DNA of 34,901 nucleotides from the NCBI GenBank assembly GCA_013115145.1, contig JAAPAO010000374.1:1-34901 (forward strand), read 5' to 3'. Below the pieces are notes generated by a model that was given only the letters and a program-made list of their open reading frames with translations, made no database searches and was not told the DNA's origin. The stretch comes from Perkinsus chesapeaki ATCC PRA-425 (Eukaryota > Protista > Perkinsozoa). Below are positions 32,179 through 34,901 of the stretch, in pieces (the stretch's first letter is position 1; every line of letters begins with the position of its first letter). Position numbers and translations under genes: made by a program.

Positions 32179-34235
32179 TTAAATGGAGAACCGCCTCAGC
32201 AAGGGTTCCCGCACACCATCGCACTCGCAAGATTTTGGATACTTTCTATCTTCCGTCGTAGCCTGCTCAGGTCTCCTCGCTGGTGGAGCTAGGGAACTAA
32301 GCGTTACACCAAATAGAATAACCAACATTCCAATGAGTTGAGAAGGGCACGGTAAAAGGCCATCAATGGCGAAGTTAAGGCCGAGGACCACTATGGAGTT
32401 GGCTGATACAACAACATTAACCAGACTAGTATAAGGGTAGGACAGTGCCAGATTGAGGGCGAAGAAACCAGCAACCTGGACACAGTAGTCACAATCATAA
32501 AGCATTGTAGTCTTGCATCTTGGACGCAATTGTGGCACACATGACAGGCACGCACCCAATAGACGTTTCAGGTGCAAGTCGGCGCAAACTTGCACGAGGA
32601 AATGTGAATTGGGCGGCAATACGAAGGGATACAAGTTGGCAGATTTTAAGGACAGATACACGACTCTGTGAGGAGTTTCGGAATTGCAGGCGTTTTTGAC
32701 GGATTAATCCCCTCTCCCCACTACCTGTGTTATTCCAGCCAATACCGCTAAAGCGACAACCTCACTGGGAAGGACCAATGGTGGGAGATCTTGGCCTTCA
32801 TCACTCTTAACAAAGGCATATCCAACTATAACAGCCATGCCCGTTTGTGATAACAGCCTTGCTGAGAAAGCACTCCAAGTTGACACCTTCCCTGAATGAT
32901 CGAAAGTTCTTCCAAGCTGCAGCGAAGTTTCTACCTATCGCACTGTAACGAACCAACAATGTGGTGGAGGCAAAGGCAAGCATCGATAGGATCTAAAAGC
33001 CAGCTCTAGTGCTATGATGAGAGCTAGGTCAATTGTCGATGATTTAAGAGACTTAGGGTATCAGACACAACGGACAGTCACCCCACAGTTAGCATGAGTC
33101 AGCCAGAACTTTCTAGTAGTAGAGCTTCTGATGAGCGGGAATTCTGGGTGATTTTCAATCTATTTTTGCGAACTATCCACAAGCATATTTTGTGGTTTGT
33201 TTGGAAAATTTTGCAATGCAACTGAGAAAGGCAAGTGGTCCTAATACAGCAAACAGGAAGCCTAGAGTTTCATGGTATTCCTGGCCAGTAGCAGCCGCCT
33301 GATCCTCCGCCTTGGTAGATCCTCCTGGTCCCAACGCCGATATAAGGACGCCACATACCACCTAAAGGACTATAAAGGAGGTTAATAGGGAAGGGGACCT
33401 ACAATGCCTATCAACAAAGCATGACGTTTACTGAGAAGCTCTCTGAACACAAAATGACCATACACACTAACAACTATAATGGTGGAACATAACACAGCGC
33501 TCACTGGACCTATAGCAGCGAAGCAACTAACCGTTGAATATCTGATATGATGAGCACCTTTATCCGCCGGGGAAGTGAATACAAATGCCTTTTTCATAAG
33601 GCTCATAGATACGCCCAATCCCAAACCACCTATTAAAGTAAGAGCTTTAGTACCCCAAGTGATGCTAGGGGTATCTATAGGATTATGGCTCCAAAACATC
33701 TCCATTCTACCAACTCTTAACCACTGAATTAGATAACACAATATACCTGAGGAAAATTCAATATCCCCGACGATGCGTTTCTAGACTTGTGGGGAAGCGC
33801 AGAAATAGCCAAGTACAAAGCCCTTCGATAAAAACACATGATCAGATGCTCAGTACGGGACACAATGGAACGTCTGTGTACAAATCGGCGGCACACGCAG
33901 GCGATTCGTCTCTGGAATCTGCTCTATTTTAATTGAATGGTCCGTACTTTGCTGAGAATAGAGGAACGTCTTTTACCTGGTACACCACCAACTCCCCAAA
34001 TAATAGCAAGCATCTTCCATTCAGCCCCTATGGCATAATAAGCTTCAACTGAGTTGTCCAGAATTCCAGTAGCCACTCTAACAAGAGTCATTGCTCCCCA
34101 AAGCGAGCTCGGAGAATCTTACGCAATAAGGTAGTTAGTAATACCAAAGCAAAGCATGGCCATGAAGGAGTAGGCGACACATCGACCAGAATACTCAGAG
34201 TAAGGATTAGTAGCCTCCACAATGACCTCAGGCAT
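32179..34235 (-). CDS. Multi-exon EamA/DMT-superfamily multi-pass membrane transporter
   Basis: Successive hydrophobic exons: YSFMAMLCFGITNYLI; LIGGLGLGVSMSLMKKAF; GPVSAVLCSTIIVVSVYGHFVFRELLSKRHALLIGIV; AGFFALNLALSYPYTSLVNVVVSANSIVV...QLIGMLVILFGV. This fits two EamA-like halves. Likely ATG at 34235. Confidence 0.7.
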
Positions 34236-34901
34236 TTTTGATCGACTCTGGCATATAGCACGGTACACACTAATAACACAAGACAGGTATTGGACAACAC
34301 CATAACATCTTAACATGCAAGTCAACATCACTGAGGCAGGGGAATGCCAACAAATGGTTTAGATGCAAACGAGCAAAAACGTTGCTTGGTAGAAGATTGC
34401 GGATCCGTTGGAATGTTCGCGAAAATGTCCATAACACCGATGATGCAAACACCGCTAGCACCAATTCCCACGCCGTATCCACCCAGGTGTCGCAATGAGT
34501 CACAGCTGTCGCTGGCGAATTTTGTTGCTTTGCCTTGGTATTCAATCTTCCATGCGCAACCATTTGCAGCGATATATTAAGTCGCTTGCATTAGGGGCAT
34601 AGTCATTTGTATAAGAACGAGCACGCCACACGGGTATGTTGGCGAGAAAGTAAAGAGAATCCAGTTTTCGCGGAAAACAGGGAATCCCTATAGCACGATT
34701 TCGCTCGCTCGAAAACCGCCAGTCGGGGCCGTTCGTTCGGTTCGATCCGCGTTCGTTAGTCACGCAGACAATAAGCGAAATCTCGCTCGCCTCGAAAATG
34801 GACGCGCGGACACGTCACATGGCATTATTGAAGGGCCCACGGGAGGCCTTAGCCTATCCGTGGAGAAGCCGGTATAACTTGACTCAGCATTACCACCACC
34901 A

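Noticed and set aside
34270-34580. Hydrophobic minus-strand frame (GGYGVGIGASGVCIIGVM) upstream of the EamA gene
   Set aside because: No supportable splice connection or family assignment.
1-34901. tRNA, rRNA, snRNA or SL RNA genes
   Set aside because: No recognisable conserved RNA gene signatures by eye. tRNAscan-SE and Infernal would be needed to exclude them formally.

Overview
Eukaryotic, gene-dense window. It most likely comes from a Perkinsus-like myzozoan alveolate (inference from ~35-60 nt GT-AG introns, a plastid-type leader on SufC, a PDI ending in GEEL, and an intronless secreted pepsin). Most genes are on the minus strand: SufC, a very divergent multi-exon CDC23/APC8, a hypothetical CxxCxGxG protein, a Rho_N/HeH-like protein with a Gly-rich coding minisatellite, two tandem multi-USP-domain paralogs, PDI, an intronless DUF1853 + DEDDy 3'-5' exonuclease fusion, eIF2D and an EamA/DMT-like transporter. 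Two genes are on the plus strand: an intronless secreted-type hypothetical bracketed by perfect hairpins, and a METTL21-like methyltransferase. The most striking structure is eIF2D. Exons 1-3 (31432-31980) and the remaining exons (23827-26261) join in phase across a 5,170-bp intron. That intron hosts a same-strand intronless aspartic protease, an 11-copy GTACAC/GTGTAC cluster, inverted repeats and a possible decayed non-LTR RT. I recognised no rRNA, tRNA or CRISPR array. All exon structures were assembled by eye, and family calls come from motif recall, not database searches.
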